Shown here piece by piece: positions 53,201 through 64,000 of a stretch of 64,000 nt of DNA (positions within the stretch are counted from its first letter, which is position 1; each line of letters begins with the position of its first letter). Origin of the DNA: Balanoglossus misakiensis (taxonomy: Eukaryota > Animalia > Hemichordata); the NCBI GenBank assembly GCA_040954595.2, contig CM082593.2:11545477-11609476 (forward strand). Reading direction: 5' to 3'. The translations under genes were made by a program, and so were the position numbers. Below the pieces are notes generated by a model. It made no database searches and was not told the DNA's origin. It worked only from the letters and a program-made list of their open reading frames with translations.

Positions 53201-56200
53201 CTAAACCAGACCGTAGGAAATCCGACGTAATCACCGTTGATAACTTACGCCAGTCTGTGTCATATAGAGCCGGTGCACCAGCCGAGTCACGCCGTAGGAA
53301 ATCTGATTTGATCAACGTGATCAATGTACGCCTGTTTCTGCTCTAGAGTGCCGGGGCTTCAGCTGAGCCAGGCCGTAGGAAACCCGACTTGATCAACGTT
53401 GCTAACGAACGCTAGTGTCTGTCATAGTGTGCCGGGGTTTTAGTCGAGCCAAGCCGTAGGAGATCAGACGTGATCAACGTGGTCTCTGTACGCGTGTTTC
53501 TTCTCTAGAGTGCCGGGGCTTTATCCAAGCCATGCCGTATAAAATCTGACTTGATCACCGCTGCTAACGTACGCTAGTGTCTGTCATATTGTGACGGAGA
53601 TTTAGCCGAGCCAGGCCGTAGAAAAATCGACTTGTTCAACGTTACCAGTGTGCAACTATTTCTGCTCTAGAGTGTCAGGGTTTTAGCCGACTTATGATGC
53701 AGGAAATCTGAGTTGATGAACGGGAATTTAATGTTAAAAAACCTGTGTGGAAAGTGTCTCTACCCTTTTGAAACTAAAAAGAGAATTTATTCTTATTTAT
53801 TTTGTAAAAAAGACAATTTTTCGAAAAATTGTCGAAAATGGTAATTTTGTCTTGGGTGATTCAAATTATACCGCCTTTTCTGGAATTTGCAGCACTTTTT
53901 ACAAGAGAACGACACTTAATGCTCCATAATATTTCCGAAAATGAAGAAAAGAGTTTATTTTTTATGATTTTTTAAAAATTTACCATTTTGTCAAAATATG
54001 GCCAAAATGGCTATTTTTTCTTGAATTCCGTCAATATCTCTGCATTTTTGGAGTGGTCGAATGTTTTAACATACAATCAACATGTCATATATAATCAGGG
54101 CACCAAATTCGAAGAACAAAGGTTTTTTTATTTTTTTTTCTAAAAATGACATTTTCAAGGAAAATTTGGTAAAACGCAATTTTGTCTGCAGTGAGCCAAA
54201 TTGGCCGTTTTTTGTGGAATTTGTATCGATATATATATACGAAGAGCATTGTATACTTTATCAGATTTCCGAAAATGTAGAAAACAAGTATTTTTTGTAA
54301 TTTTCAAAAATTTACCATTTTGACCAAATTGTGGCTAAAATTTTTATTTTCGTGTTGAATGCCGCCAGTGTCACTGCTTTTAAAAGTCATAAAAACTTTT
54401 AACATACAAGCAATTGTTTATATATGATCAGGTCACCGAATTAAAAAAACAAAGAATGTTTTCCCTAAAAATGACCTTTTTGGTGCAAAAACGAATAAAA
54501 CGCAATTTTGTATTAAATCAGCTCATTCAGAGTGCATTTTTTATAATCAGCACCATTTTTACATATAATGGAAATTTCATACATCATCAGATATCCAAAT
54601 ATGAAAAAAATGATTTAGATTTTAGATGATTGTCCAAAATTAGCTGATATCTAATAAATGTAGTATTGAACCGTTCTGTTCCCCCCCCCCCCCCTACATT
54701 ATATGCGGTACGCTGATGTCAGCTTACCCGGCAGTACTGAAGGCCGTGCCCCCAACTAACGTCGGTGTTTGAAACGCCCTGGTTAAATTCGGGCTTTGTC
54801 TATAAATTGACAGGCAATAATACAGTCCTACCCGAACAAATGTCGAGTGTTGACCCGCTGTGACTTTCCCTCTACGTTTTGCCCGACTTAGCCAACGTCT
54901 TTGTACTAGAGTGTCGGGTCTTTTGCAGAGCCAGGCCGAAGGAAATCCGACTTGATCACCGTTGCTAACGCACGCTAGTGTCTGTCATGGTGTGCCGGGG
55001 TTTTAGTCGAGCCAGGCCGTAGGAGATCTGACTTGATCAACGTGGTCTCTGTACGCGTGTTTCTGCTCTAGAGTGCCGGGGCTTTATCCAAGCCATGCCG
55101 TAGAAATTCTGACTTGATCACCGTTGCTAATGATACCATTGAATTTGCACCCCTCAGAGCATAGTGGAATGACCCCGCCTATATCGTATATTTGATACAT
55201 TTTTGATTAATGACTTTACCTGTTTATTGTGATTACGCAATTGAAGTAGTCCGCAGGTGTTGACTGTATTTCTTGTGAGGTATTCGATTTCGAGTTATGA
55301 TGTTTCTGTATGAAAGCTCTTTTATTGTTATTGATCGAATATTTGCTACTGGAAAGTTGAATTTGTTCCGTCCAGGCAGTACCGCGTGTATTCAGTCAAA
55401 GGTTTGGCGGGTGTAATACGGCGATGAACTAGTGAGTAAAAAGGGAACTTTTTAATATGGCCGTTGTCCGATTGTATTGACGAGAGTGGAATCTCCACAA
55501 AAATCCGAACCATCGGCAGAATCGTACGGCGAAATTGCATCTTGAATGGGAATCGAGGAGAGCCGGATGTTAACTAACATTATTTGAGCTAGTCTTCGTG
55601 AGATCCCTACGTAAGAAGCATTTCATCGACTATTTCGAACGACAGGTCTGCTGTACCTGAACGAACCATTGTTATTGTCACGCTGATTACTGAGACACCG
55701 ATCGCCGAGATCCAACGATTACGGGTACTCGCGCAGGTTTCTCAACGTCGATGCTTCACGAACTGAAAGCTGATGTAAGTACGATCTCATTAACGTTAAT
55801 CATGTAAAATCGGACTGGATTTGATAAACTTACGGCCTTTCTAGGTTCTTCGAACCACGGCGTGTGGGGAATGCAATGAGCCGCATTGTTTGACCCCCAA
55901 CGTCTACAAACTTTGAACGAATCATATACGAGCAGGAACACTCGACCCTACGATCGATTTGCCGATCACGGAACTGATCAGCGCTTCGTCATCAAGCTCC
56001 GCTTTACGCCTGGATACACTCGGAGCGTTTGCGACGAGCGAACTTTGAGATATTTGCATTGATTGTTAGAGGATTCTCTCCGTTGGATTTTGGAAGCGGA
56101 TCGACGCGACTGTTGAGTGCGGGACAGCGCCCTCATCGCCAGAACTCGATTGTGCGTCACGTTCGTTTATAAACTGTTGAACTTTGACCGGACTCGCGGC

Positions 56201-56508
56201 AGGTTGTGCCACGCCAGTTTTCTTCAGGAAGGTGTTACTTGTTAATGAAACAGGTTTTGATAGAGCTCTTGTTACATCTCTGATGTTGATAGACTTACTA
56301 TTAATTATACTTCTTTCATTGGATATAAAGTGTCTTTGTGTCATTTTGTCCACACCCCCTTCACTCGCCCTGTGTTCCCAAAGCTACCGCAATCACCACG
56401 AATCCTACGACCCAACTCACATGAACGAAACTTGTTGATTACCCTTGTCGAGTTTGCTCACGCCCAGCTAGCCCATCGTTTTTATTGGAATTTTGCAAGG
56501 GTAACATC

Positions 56509-56530
56509 TGGCGCCTACCAACGTGGGGCT
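56509..56530 (+). promoter_or_regulatory. Primer-binding site, tRNA-Lys(CTT)-like with a 3-nt insertion
   Basis: TGGCGCC-TAC-CAACGTGGGGCT versus the canonical TGGCGCCCAACGTGGGGC. Confidence 0.75.
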
Positions 56531-56823
56531 GGATTGGAAAGTTTTCCCAGTAGAGTTTTGTCATTTTACTGTTTCTTACAAATTGACAACAGGGAAGGAC
56601 GACATTTTGATTCAGCCCATTGAGGTTTGGTTTTGCGGTCGAAAACACAGGACGAGCAGGGTTGGACGAGTGATACACTTATTGATCGAGCAGGAAATTA
56701 AGTACATGTGCCATTGCCTTTGATTTATGGAACACCGACCATTCATAGTTTCCAAACGCTTTCAATTTTTGTGAGTGTTATTGTAGACTCGAGTTATCGA
56801 CAGATTGCTCTCGAATTTGAAAC

Positions 56824-59800
56824 ATGGAGGACGCACAAGAAACTGTTGTTAGGGTGAAGAAAGAGGAAGATGGCGAGGTGAGTATGGCAGCGAAGGGGGG
56901 CCCTGAATCTGACCCAAGGGATAAAGAAAATGACACTACTGATGATATTAAAGGGGATAAGTCTGTTGAACATGGATCAATGACAATGACACCCACTGGG
57001 GGAGGCAGCGTTTCTAAATTATCCCAGGGGACAATACCTAAACGGGGAGGTGGCCGAGGCGTATATTCTCCACTTAGGGGCCGATTGAGGAAACCGGCAG
57101 GTGTGCACCCGCAATCTTTGAAAGATTATAGTTTGACAGAAAGCGCGGCACAATTTGATGATGAGCGCGAACGGTTAGTCGAATTGGAAAGCGAGCTAAA
57201 ATCTCTTCTTGAGCGTGAGCACAGACGCAATAGAGAAATCGAATCCGAGGTTTCGCCACAGCATAGTAGTAACAAAACCGAGGAACGTCATGAGTACGAG
57301 CCGACACATCGAACATTTGCCGAAGTGAATTATACAGCACCACGGGTACCGAACTTTACCGGCGACCATAAAGGCAAGGATAGTATGTCATATGAGTCCT
57401 GGTTGAGGGAGGTACAGAGTATGAGACAGAGTGGCGTTCATAGCGATCGCGTACTGCGACAGGCCGTTCGGAAATCCATACGTGGTGAAGCGAGTGAGAT
57501 CATACTAGGTTTGGGAATCGACCCGTCCATTGAAAAGATGTTGAATAAACTAGAAACTGTGTATGGTGTAGTTGTGTCTACGGCTACATTGAAGCGGCAG
57601 TTGTACAATGATTTTCAGAAGGAAGGTGAGTCAGCAGCGTCATTTGCATGTCGCGTCGAGATAAACCTGAGACGTATATATGATCGCGGAGGTGTCCGCG
57701 AGAGCGAAATGGATTTGATTCTGCGTACTACCCTGTGGGAAGGACTGACAGACCTGCGAGTGAAGGACATCGCCAGGCATCGGTATGAAAATGCCAAGAA
57801 TTTTGATGAGTTGCTACGGATCATCCGTGTTGCTGAACAAGAAGTACAGGGAGCGCATGGACGGAAAACTGGAGAGAAGTTGGAAGATAGGCGAAAGAAG
57901 ACAAGAGGACATAGAGCGGTGAGGCAACAGCAGGAAGTGTCTGAGTCGGATTCCGACAATGAAGAGCGTTCAAACAAAAAGAAACCACGTGACCACGAAA
58001 GTGATGAAATGTATGTTAAAATGACTGCGATGTTGAAAGCGATGCAATTACAACAGGAACAGGTGAAGTTGGCTATGGAACAGCAACGAAAGGAACATGC
58101 CGCTGGAATGGAAGAGATCCGGAATGCTCGTGCAACAATGATGGTCTCATCAAACGGCGTGTCTCGACCACGTGATGTTGCCGCACGGATTTCACAGGAA
58201 CCAGACTCGAGACGAGGAACCCCAAATCAAAGTGACGAACGAAGTGGAAACAAGAGTGGAGAAAAGCCATTCACTTGCTACAACTGCAATGGGGAAGGTC
58301 ACATGTCACGTGAGTGCAAGCAGCCATGTGGTAGATGTAAAGAAGAAGGACACACCTCTGCAAGTTGCCCAAAAAGAAAACGCGCATCTGTGAAAGCCAA
58401 GAGCATGACGGGAAGACGACGATGTGAAAAGAACCCAAAAAGAAAAGGTAAGCCAAGATCCATTGATGGACGGATTGTTGGTCCATTGAATGAGCAGTAC
58501 GCCTTTGTGAATGGAAGGAAATGTTTGGCTCAAGTGGACACAGGATCACAAGTTACCATGATCAGTGAAGACTACTATCGTCGATACTTGTCCGATGTGC
58601 CATTCACTCCGTTGGATGAAGTTCTCGAGATCGCAGGTGTAACTGATGATGTTGTACAGTACGTTGGTGTGATAGAGGTTGAGGTTAGCTTCCCTAGTCA
58701 CGTCTTCAATGATGATACCACTTTCAGTCTATTGGCACTGGTAGTGAAAGGAACTGAGAACAATGATCGAGTGCCGGTGTTGGCGGGAACCAACTGGTTG
58801 AATCGTTACATGACGATGAAGATGTTGAACGATGGTGGTAGGACAATGAGCAGGATGAAGCCAGTAGCGAGAAGGGCTATTGCAACCCTACGCGCTCGTG
58901 AACAGTTCTATGGACCATACGGAAACATGGGAGTAGTGCGAGCGGCAGTAAGCGAACGGGTGACACTGGAGCCACGTACTGCACATACCATTCGAGGGAG
59001 CATGAAGGCTGGTCCCAAAGGAGAGAAACATGAAGTGCTGTTAGGTGATGACTGTGACTGGAATGAACACAAAGGATGGACTCTGAACCCTATGGTGACG
59101 ATCGCTGAGTGTGGGAAACGCTCGTCAGCCGTGCCTGTGGTAATAAAAAATGAAACTGACAAACCCATCGTCATCAAGCCGAGACAGGTTGTTGCTACAG
59201 TGAAGGCGGTACGAGGAATAGAAGTGCAGCCGCGAAGGGACACCAAGGATAATGGAATTCACGACAAACCTTTGGAAGCGAGAGAGGTGACGGTTGGAGG
59301 ATTGTCCTTTGATGTGACCGGTTCACCGGTTGACCAGGATCAGATGATAAAGATTCAGGATGTTCTGGAACGTAACATTGGATCATTTTCGACCAGTGAC
59401 GGCGACCTAGGAAGATGTACGATCCACAAACATCAGATCAACTTGAAAGATGAACGTCCAGTCAAACAACCGTATCGTCGGATTCCTCCAGCTTTATATG
59501 ACGAGATCCGAGTGCAGATAGGAGGAATGTTGGACAATGGGGTGATACGACCATCAAAAAGTCCTTGGTCTTCTCCTCTCGTCCTTGTGGCAAAGAAAGA
59601 CGGAACCACTCGTATATGTGTAGATTATAGACGTCTGAATGCGCAGACGACTCCTGACGCGTATGCTCTACCTCGTATTGAGGAGGGACTGGATGTTTTG
59701 AGTGGCGCGAAATGGTTTACATCGATCGACTTAAAAAGTGGATTTTGGCAAATAGCTATGTCGGAGAAGGACATCCCAAAGACAGCGTTTGCCACCCCAT

Positions 59801-62259
59801 TCGGTTTCTACGAATTTGTTGTAATGCCCTTCGGACTCATGAACGCCGGAGCTACATGTCAACGCGTCGTGGAACAATGTATAGGAGATTACAACATGAG
59901 GATTTGCATGGTCTACATGGATGATGTGATTATCTTTTCTGAAACATTCGAGGAACATGTCGACCGAGTTGACAAGGTTCTCAAGCGACTACGAGAATGT
60001 GACTTGAAGATAAAACATACCAAGTGTCAGCTTTTTCGCGAAAAGATAAAGTACTTGGGACATGTAGTGTCGTCAAATGGAGTTGAGACCGACCCCGACA
60101 AGACGGAGGCATTGAGGACATGGCCAGTACCCACCAACGTGAAAGAGCTGAGGACATTCTTAGGATTTACGGGGTATTACCGTAGATTCGTACAGGGATA
60201 CTCATCGATTGCCCGACCATTGCACGCTTTGACCGTAGGTTACCCAACGAAGAGGAAAAATGGGGGAGAAAGGAAACGACCACCCCCATACCAGTGGACA
60301 GATGCGTGCCAGGAAGCCTTCGAGCTGATCATTGACAAGCTGACTTCAGCTCCGGTTTTGGCCTACGCCGACTATACGCGACCGTTTGAGCTTCACACAG
60401 ACGCGAGCTTGACAGGACTAGGAGCTGCCTTATACCAGTCAATCGAAGAGGCAGATGGACGAGAAAGACTGCGACCAGTTGCGTATGCCAGCCGGAGCCT
60501 CACTGCCAGTGAGAAGAACTACCCGGCCCACAAGCTGGAATTTCTGGCTTTGAAATGGTCTGTTACGGAAAAGTTTCGTGATTACTGCTTTGGCAATGAT
60601 GTCACGGTATTGACCGACAATAATCCACTGACATACGTAGCAAGTACAGCGAAACTTGATGCGACAGGACAGAGGTGGTGGAATGCTTTATCTCAGTATA
60701 AATTGAAGATTCACTACCGACCCGGCCTAAGGAATGGTGATGCGGACGGGCTCTCGCGACGACCCGATGGCAGGGCTCAAGGATTTGATGAGTCTGAGAG
60801 ACGTTTCCAGGAAACTGTAGCGATGACTCCTGATGAGGTGCAGGCAGTGGGGGAGCCATGTTTGTCTGATGGAGATGAAGATACACCATGGATTGAAGCC
60901 TTAGCTGCCTCAGCACGAGCGATACCAAAGGACATGGATGAACCGCCGGGGATGCCAGGAGAAGCAACATTACCTACGATTGCGATGGACCAATGGGCGA
61001 AGTTACAGGACAGGGATGTGACCGTACGGCGCATACGAGCCTTGGTTCACGCGAAGACTGGGGGTAAAGGTAAACTGACAAGGACACAGCGAGCACAGGA
61101 ACCGCGAGAAGTCAGAATGGCACTGAGAGATTGGAGTAAGTTCTGTTTCCGTGATGATATTTTGTATAGAGCGAGGACATCATCTAGTGGAGAGGTCTAC
61201 TACCAATTGGTGCTACCACACGAGTTTCGCCAGGAGGCAATGAAAGGGGTGCACGACGACTGTGGACACCTGGGACAGGATCGAGCGATTGATTTATTGA
61301 GGGCTAGGTTTTATTGGCCTCTTATGTCAGCTGATATGAAGAAATACATTCGTACATGCAGGAGATGTACTCGAAGGAAGGACGAGGCGGGATTAAAGAC
61401 ACGTGCTCCGATGGTGAGTATTGAAACTTCACAGCCCCTCGAACTTCTATGCATGGATTTCTTGAGCCTTGAAGAGAGTAAAGGAGGGACCAAAGACCTG
61501 TTGGTAATTACTGATCACTTCTCGAAGTTTGCTGTAGCCATACCTACACCGAACCAGACCACGAAAACGACAGCCAAGAACCTATGGGAACACTTCATGC
61601 TACCATATGGATGTCCGGAACGAATCCTGTCTGATCGTGGTCGGAATTTTGAGTCGCGAGTGATACAGGAATTGTGCCAGTTACTAGACATCGAAAAGTC
61701 ACGTACCACGCCATACCATCCCCAAGGAAACGCTCAGACTGAAAGATTCAACTGTACTCTCCTTAATATGTTGGGTACGCTCGAGAACGAGCAGAAGGCT
61801 AGGTGGAAGGATTATGTGAAGCCGTTGGTACATGCGTACAACTGCACTGTTCATGACACGACGGGTTTTACACCTTACCACTTGTTGTTCGGAAGACATG
61901 CGAAGATAGCACTGGATGTGCGATTCGGAACGTCACCAGAAAGCAGGGATCCTACGACGCCGACAAAGTATATCGCCGACTTGAGATCCAGGATGGACAA
62001 AGTATTTCAGATTGCGAAACGAGCTGCAGAGAAGTCAGCCCAAGTGAGTAAAGAGCGCTATGACCAGAAAGTTAGAGAGGTGGTGCTTAAAGAAGGTGAT
62101 CGAGTGTTACGCAGGAACGTGAGTATACGAGGTCAACACAAGATCGCCGATCGGTGGGAGGAAAGTCCATATGTTGTGGTGAGAAGGCTGAGTCCTGATT
62201 TGCCAGTATATGTTCAACGAAAACCTCGAAGACACAGACGGTCCACAGAAATTTGCTGA
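56824..62259 (+). CDS. Gypsy fused gag-pol polyprotein (1811 aa)
   Basis: PNMA/Ty3-capsid-like gag, two CCHC knuckles (CYNC..H..C, CGRC..H..C), VDTGS protease, YMDD RT, HTDAS RNase H, HHCC zinc finger and CMDF/LSDRG/TERFN integrase, all in one frame. Confidence 0.95.
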   Translation: MEDAQETVVRVKKEEDGEVSMAAKGGPESDPRDKENDTTDDIKGDKSVEHGSMTMTPTGGGSVSKLSQGTIPKRGGGRGVYSPLRGRLRKPAGVHPQSLKDYSLTESAAQFDDERERLVELESELKSLLEREHRRNREIESEVSPQHSSNKTEERHEYEPTHRTFAEVNYTAPRVPNFTGDHKGKDSMSYESWLREVQSMRQSGVHSDRVLRQAVRKSIRGEASEIILGLGIDPSIEKMLNKLETVYGVVVSTATLKRQLYNDFQKEGESAASFACRVEINLRRIYDRGGVRESEMDLILRTTLWEGLTDLRVKDIARHRYENAKNFDELLRIIRVAEQEVQGAHGRKTGEKLEDRRKKTRGHRAVRQQQEVSESDSDNEERSNKKKPRDHESDEMYVKMTAMLKAMQLQQEQVKLAMEQQRKEHAAGMEEIRNARATMMVSSNGVSRPRDVAARISQEPDSRRGTPNQSDERSGNKSGEKPFTCYNCNGEGHMSRECKQPCGRCKEEGHTSASCPKRKRASVKAKSMTGRRRCEKNPKRKGKPRSIDGRIVGPLNEQYAFVNGRKCLAQVDTGSQVTMISEDYYRRYLSDVPFTPLDEVLEIAGVTDDVVQYVGVIEVEVSFPSHVFNDDTTFSLLALVVKGTENNDRVPVLAGTNWLNRYMTMKMLNDGGRTMSRMKPVARRAIATLRAREQFYGPYGNMGVVRAAVSERVTLEPRTAHTIRGSMKAGPKGEKHEVLLGDDCDWNEHKGWTLNPMVTIAECGKRSSAVPVVIKNETDKPIVIKPRQVVATVKAVRGIEVQPRRDTKDNGIHDKPLEAREVTVGGLSFDVTGSPVDQDQMIKIQDVLERNIGSFSTSDGDLGRCTIHKHQINLKDERPVKQPYRRIPPALYDEIRVQIGGMLDNGVIRPSKSPWSSPLVLVAKKDGTTRICVDYRRLNAQTTPDAYALPRIEEGLDVLSGAKWFTSIDLKSGFWQIAMSEKDIPKTAFATPFGFYEFVVMPFGLMNAGATCQRVVEQCIGDYNMRICMVYMDDVIIFSETFEEHVDRVDKVLKRLRECDLKIKHTKCQLFREKIKYLGHVVSSNGVETDPDKTEALRTWPVPTNVKELRTFLGFTGYYRRFVQGYSSIARPLHALTVGYPTKRKNGGERKRPPPYQWTDACQEAFELIIDKLTSAPVLAYADYTRPFELHTDASLTGLGAALYQSIEEADGRERLRPVAYASRSLTASEKNYPAHKLEFLALKWSVTEKFRDYCFGNDVTVLTDNNPLTYVASTAKLDATGQRWWNALSQYKLKIHYRPGLRNGDADGLSRRPDGRAQGFDESERRFQETVAMTPDEVQAVGEPCLSDGDEDTPWIEALAASARAIPKDMDEPPGMPGEATLPTIAMDQWAKLQDRDVTVRRIRALVHAKTGGKGKLTRTQRAQEPREVRMALRDWSKFCFRDDILYRARTSSSGEVYYQLVLPHEFRQEAMKGVHDDCGHLGQDRAIDLLRARFYWPLMSADMKKYIRTCRRCTRRKDEAGLKTRAPMVSIETSQPLELLCMDFLSLEESKGGTKDLLVITDHFSKFAVAIPTPNQTTKTTAKNLWEHFMLPYGCPERILSDRGRNFESRVIQELCQLLDIEKSRTTPYHPQGNAQTERFNCTLLNMLGTLENEQKARWKDYVKPLVHAYNCTVHDTTGFTPYHLLFGRHAKIALDVRFGTSPESRDPTTPTKYIADLRSRMDKVFQIAKRAAEKSAQVSKERYDQKVREVVLKEGDRVLRRNVSIRGQHKIADRWEESPYVVVRRLSPDLPVYVQRKPRRHRRSTEIC

Positions 62260-63119
62260 AACCTTGCTGTGATCGACCGCTGTTGAGTTATACAGAAGAC
62301 GAAATGAGTGAACGCTCTCAGGATAGGGCCATTCCTGAGAGTACGGAGTCGGAACGAAGTTCATCCTCACAGAGTGAACGAGGCTATGTGCTCAATCCTG
62401 AATCGCGACCCTTTAGGCCTGGGAGAGTTAGACTTGTGCGCTTAGAAGGTACAACTGAAGTTACCCTTAATTCTATGGACAGAAGCGACAACGATGCATG
62501 TGTGAGCGTGGAGCAAGATTCTCCTGAACCGAGCATGATGGATATGAGCGATTCTTCAGGGCAGGTGCAAAGCCCTGATGATCCTGTAACAGGCTTGCGT
62601 GCAGATAGTATAGACGTATCGTCTGCTGGGAAGTCCGATGGAATTGCTGACAGAGCAGAAGTGACACATCAAAATATTCCTCTGAGTGATGTAGGTGTGA
62701 ATATCACTGATGCGTCGATTAGTAGTGGAAATGTAGGAACTAGGAAAGAGACTATGGGGAAGGAGCAACCATCGATTGTGGGAAGTGACTTAGCTGATAC
62801 CCATGGTGATTGTTCTGACGCTGACGAGGAGTCGTCGATTGCCGAGGAAGGAGGAAGTGTGGTCCGACCTATGCGTCGATCAACGAGAACTCGAAGACCA
62901 CCCAAGTACTATGGATGGTGCTCACGATTGGTCAAACGTGACAAAGGTGGTAGAAGCACTTTGAGGAATTCTAGTATTGGGAAGAGGCCATCTTTTGATT
63001 TACCGAGGATTGATCATGAGGATGAAGTTTCTCATGGAAGACTGACCTCGTCGAATAGCAGAAACCACGACATAACCATGAAAATACTCGAAATGATGGC
63101 CAGTGGAATATACATGTAA
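62240..63119 (+). CDS. Frameshifted C-terminal tail of the Gypsy integrase (acidic/Ser-rich)
   Basis: The frame reads VHRNLLKPC, the usual end of the GPY/F module, and RRSTRTRRPPKYY. It is the continuation of pol after a lesion at about 62215-62240. Confidence 0.75.
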
Positions 63120-64000
63120 GTATAGGGAATGTGGATGTAGGGGTGTACGCTGGATTCACATTAGCTATTCTTGACTGTATGTGATACGTGCTTAATGCCA
63201 GGTAAGTAAGGGTGCGGTTCGAAGGTTGCTTTGTGTACCTTTGCAGATTTGCTATTTAGATTAGCCGCGTCATAGGGTCCTGCGCCTCCTGCGTTGCCCA
63301 GCGAACTCTGCGCGCTTACCTTTTTCTGATTACTCTTTCAGGTTCACTGATCGAGACTCTGCCTACCCTACTGCAACAGGATTGTGTAGCTTGTTTCATC
63401 GAAAGTGCATCTGAGGATGACTCGAGTCACTCGTTTTACAGGCACGATGCCTATGCCGACGAGAATGTTTCGATATTGAGTCTCGTTGATGTAGTGTTTG
63501 TATTTACGCTCATGTTCTGTGTTTCATTGTCGAACGAAGGCAAACTTATTGAGCTTGTTTTTTGTCGGGAAGTAAGCATAGTAAATCGTCCCTATGCTGA
63601 CTTGGGGCAGTGTGATACCATTGAATTTGCACCCCTCAGAGCATAGTGGAATGACCCCGCCTATATCGTATATTTGATACATTTTTGATTACTGACTTTA
63701 CCTGTTTATTGTGATTACGCAATTGAAGTAGTCCGCAGGTGTTGACTGTATTTCTTGTGAGGTATTCGATTTCGAGTTATGATGTTTCTGTATGAAAGCT
63801 CTTTTATTGTTATTGATCGAATATTTGCTACTGGAAAGTTGAATTTGTTCCGTCCAGGCAGTACCGCGTGTATTCAGTCAAAGGTTTGGCGGGTGTAATA
63901 CGGCGATGAACTAGTGAGTAAAAAGGGAACTTTTTAATATGGCCGTTGTCCGATTGTATTGACGAGAGTGGAATCTCCACAAAAATCCGAACCATCGGCA

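Larger units (their letters stand above)
11159..55130. repeat. Composite macrosatellite, 13 units of about 1.7-2.5 kb (first partial, last interrupted)
   Basis: The anchor GTGGAAAGTATCTCTACCCG (minor variants) occurs at 12707, 14442, 16334, 18377, 20428, 22478, 24200, 32051, 42373, 44907, 51545 and 53747. Units are near-identical by eye: ~0.9-kb AT-rich block, then a poly-C linker, then an 81-bp subrepeat array of variable length. Confidence 0.97.
55131..64000 (+). mobile_element. Young Ty3/Gypsy LTR retrotransposon with long LTRs; 3' LTR runs off the window
   Basis: 5' LTR at 55131-56506 (1376 bp, TGATACC...GGTAACA). The 3' LTR starts at 63613 and shows 1 mismatch over the 388 bp visible. 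PBS at 56509, PPT-like TGGGGCAGTG at 63603-63612. Confidence 0.96.

Noticed and set aside
11920-55130. CRISPR-like array
   Set aside because: There are no unique spacers, whole monomers are homologous, the context is eukaryotic, and no cas genes are present.
26116-62905. Numerous short antisense or overlapping ORFs inside the three LTR elements
   Set aside because: These are shadow ORFs of long gag-pol frames with no recognisable motifs.

Overview
Animal (probably invertebrate) genomic DNA made almost entirely of repeats and transposable elements; no ordinary host gene, rRNA, tRNA or CRISPR is supported. From left to right: (1) a Kolobok-type DNA transposon with a 14-exon transposase pseudogene on the minus strand (469-6330) and its terminus at 6586 next to TTAA; (2) Helentron-like tandem repeats; (3) a Tx1/L1 LINE 3' fragment; (4) a 376-bp repeat ending in an Academ-like terminus; (5) a macrosatellite from 11159 to 55130 with 13 units of about 1.7-2.5 kb. 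Each unit has an AT-rich block of diverged ~330-bp repeats, a poly-C linker and a variable array of alternating 81-bp subrepeats. Four unrelated elements interrupt the macrosatellite, all within the 81-bp arrays: a BEL/Pao LTR element with TA...CA LTRs, a minus-strand Gypsy, a non-autonomous EnSpm/CACTA element carrying a MITE of the same Kolobok family, and a young Gypsy with a 1376-bp LTR. The most interesting inference is that each unit looks like a minus-strand exon plus intron, with a branch point and acceptor at one boundary and a GTAAGC donor plus G-run at the other. All alignments and counts were made by eye.
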